DNA from: an uncultured archaeon
Lineage (GTDB): Archaea; Iainarchaeota; Iainarchaeia; Iainarchaeales; 0-14-0-20-30-16
Assembly: GCA_964480435.1 (NCBI GenBank)
Contig: CAYZSS010000015.1
Location: 5,414-18,389 of the forward strand
DNA: 12,976 bases
Direction of reading: 5' to 3'
Below, one piece after another: positions 12,029 to 12,976 of the stretch; positions within the stretch are counted from its first letter, which is position 1, and every line of letters starts with the position of its first letter. The notes below the pieces were generated by a model that saw nothing but the letters and a program-made list of their open reading frames with translations, searched no databases and had not been told where the DNA came from. Both the position numbers and the translations under genes were made by a program.

Positions 12029-12976
12029 CTACCTGCTCCAGGCATCCTCATCAAATTCTTTATTATCAGGAAGATCTTCTATATCAGAGTCATCGTCCTT
12101 AGGCCCTTCAGGTTTTGGCTCTTCTACTTTTGGTTCTTCAGTTTTAGGTTCATCTTCAACCACAGGTTCTTCTGTTTCCTCTACCTTTGATTCAGATTCT
12201 TCAGTTACAGAGGGGCTTTCTTCCGGAGCTTTTTCTACGGGTTTAGGAATTTGCTCCTTAGGAACTGTCAAGCTACTTGGCTTATTCTTGGAAACAAGAG
12301 TAACAACAACTATTAAAATAATAATCAGAAGAGCTACTACACCTCCAACAACACCAGCAATTAACTTATTATCCTTAAGCCAAGCCAATAGATCTTTTGT
12401 TTCATTTGTAGCGTCACCAGTAGTATTATCATCTTGATTTTCTTCCCCTGTTACTCCTAAATCACCAGCAGCATTATTATTATTATTTGTTCCAGAACCA
12501 GCAGATCCAGATTGTACTACACATCTATGGTTTTCTACTTTTTCGTTTGTCCCACAGCCCAAAGATACACAAACATTAGATGAACATTTTTTATCAGCAG
12601 CACACTGAGCATCATATATACAAGCCACACAGGTATGATTGGATGGATACTTGCCACTAGTACAAGCTAATGTTGTACAAACATTAGCATTACAATATTC
12701 TAATGGTAAACATTCTGCACTTGAAGTACAAGAGTCATCACCACTAGCACTACCACCACCACTACTGCTACTACCACCATCACTACTACTGCTACTGCTA
12801 CCATCACCAGTATTATTATTAGTTACAGTGTCAAGCAAAATTAAAGGCAAATAATCAACATAATCATCAGAGCCACATTCAAATTCATAGACATCATCAC
12901 AGAAAGCATCATCATTTGCATTCTCACATCTGTCAGAATCATTAGAGAACCCATGCCACCAATTTCCGCCTATTCC
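12029..12976 (-). CDS. Large surface protein, N-terminus cut by the window edge: Cys-rich repeat modules, Ser/Gly stalk, C-terminal TM anchor and acidic Pro/Glu/Lys tail.
   Basis: The frame stays open upstream of the ORF-track TTG (12850) all the way to nt 12976 (GIGGNWWHGFSNDSDRCENANDDAFCDDVYEFECGSDDYVDYLPL...). Two roughly 35-aa modules are SAECLPLEYCNANVCTTLACTSGKYPSNHTCVA and DAQCAADKKCSSNVCVSLGCGTNEKVENHRCVV. The TM segment is LIAGVVGGVVALLIIILIVVVTLVS (nt 12290-12364). The tail contains EEPVVEDEPKTEEPKVEEPKPEGPK. Confidence 0.7.
   Translation of the reverse strand, partial: GIGGNWWHGFSNDSDRCENANDDAFCDDVYEFECGSDDYVDYLPLILLDTVTNNNTGDGSSSSSSDGGSSSSGGGSASGDDSCTSSAECLPLEYCNANVCTTLACTSGKYPSNHTCVACIYDAQCAADKKCSSNVCVSLGCGTNEKVENHRCVVQSGSAGSGTNNNNNAAGDLGVTGEENQDDNTTGDATNETKDLLAWLKDNKLIAGVVGGVVALLIIILIVVVTLVSKNKPSSLTVPKEQIPKPVEKAPEESPSVTEESESKVEETEEPVVEDEPKTEEPKVEEPKPEGPKDDDSDIEDLPDNKEFDEDAWSR

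Noticed and set aside
12005-12854. Plus-strand ORFs 12005-12190 and 12639-12854.
   Set aside because: They are antisense shadows of the surface-protein gene. Their translations are Phe/Leu/Pro low complexity, mirroring the Glu/Lys/Pro tail and the Ser/Gly tract.

Overview
Visibly AT-rich, very tightly packed chromosomal segment that looks archaeal. The hallmark genes are rpl21e-rpoF(Rpo4), Trm5, diphthine synthase, a DUF63 membrane protein and a stand-alone 5S rRNA. The small-genome, DPANN-like flavour is inference only. All product calls come from motif recognition by eye; no searches were run.

Gene starts are consistently preceded by pieces of GGAGGTGAT, and several genes appear to use GTG or TTG starts.

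Contents from left to right:
- tRNA-Arg(CCU) on the minus strand, followed by a 55-bp perfect repeat that duplicates its own 3' end.
- An 841-aa secreted protein that fuses three phosphoesterase-type modules: PTP-like, NAGPA-like phosphodiester glycosidase, and calcineurin-like metallophosphoesterase.
- A minus-strand envelope/glycan-looking trio: a Cys-rich anchored orphan, a degenerate polyprenol-kinase-like membrane protein, and a sugar-phosphate nucleotidyltransferase.
- rpl21e-rpoF.
- A solitary SPPY methyltransferase.
- trm5.
- A SIMPL/DUF541 protein.
- A DUF63 protein.
- dphB.
- A MazF/PemK-RHH toxin-antitoxin pair.
- A 121-aa orphan.
- 5S rRNA.
- An edge-truncated Cys-module surface protein.

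Best candidate for something undescribed: the secreted tri-catalytic phosphoesterase together with its neighbouring glycan genes. Secondary leads are the tRNA 'ghost' repeat (att-like), the orphan methyltransferase with permuted motif order, and the TA module with an inverted-repeat-flanked promoter.
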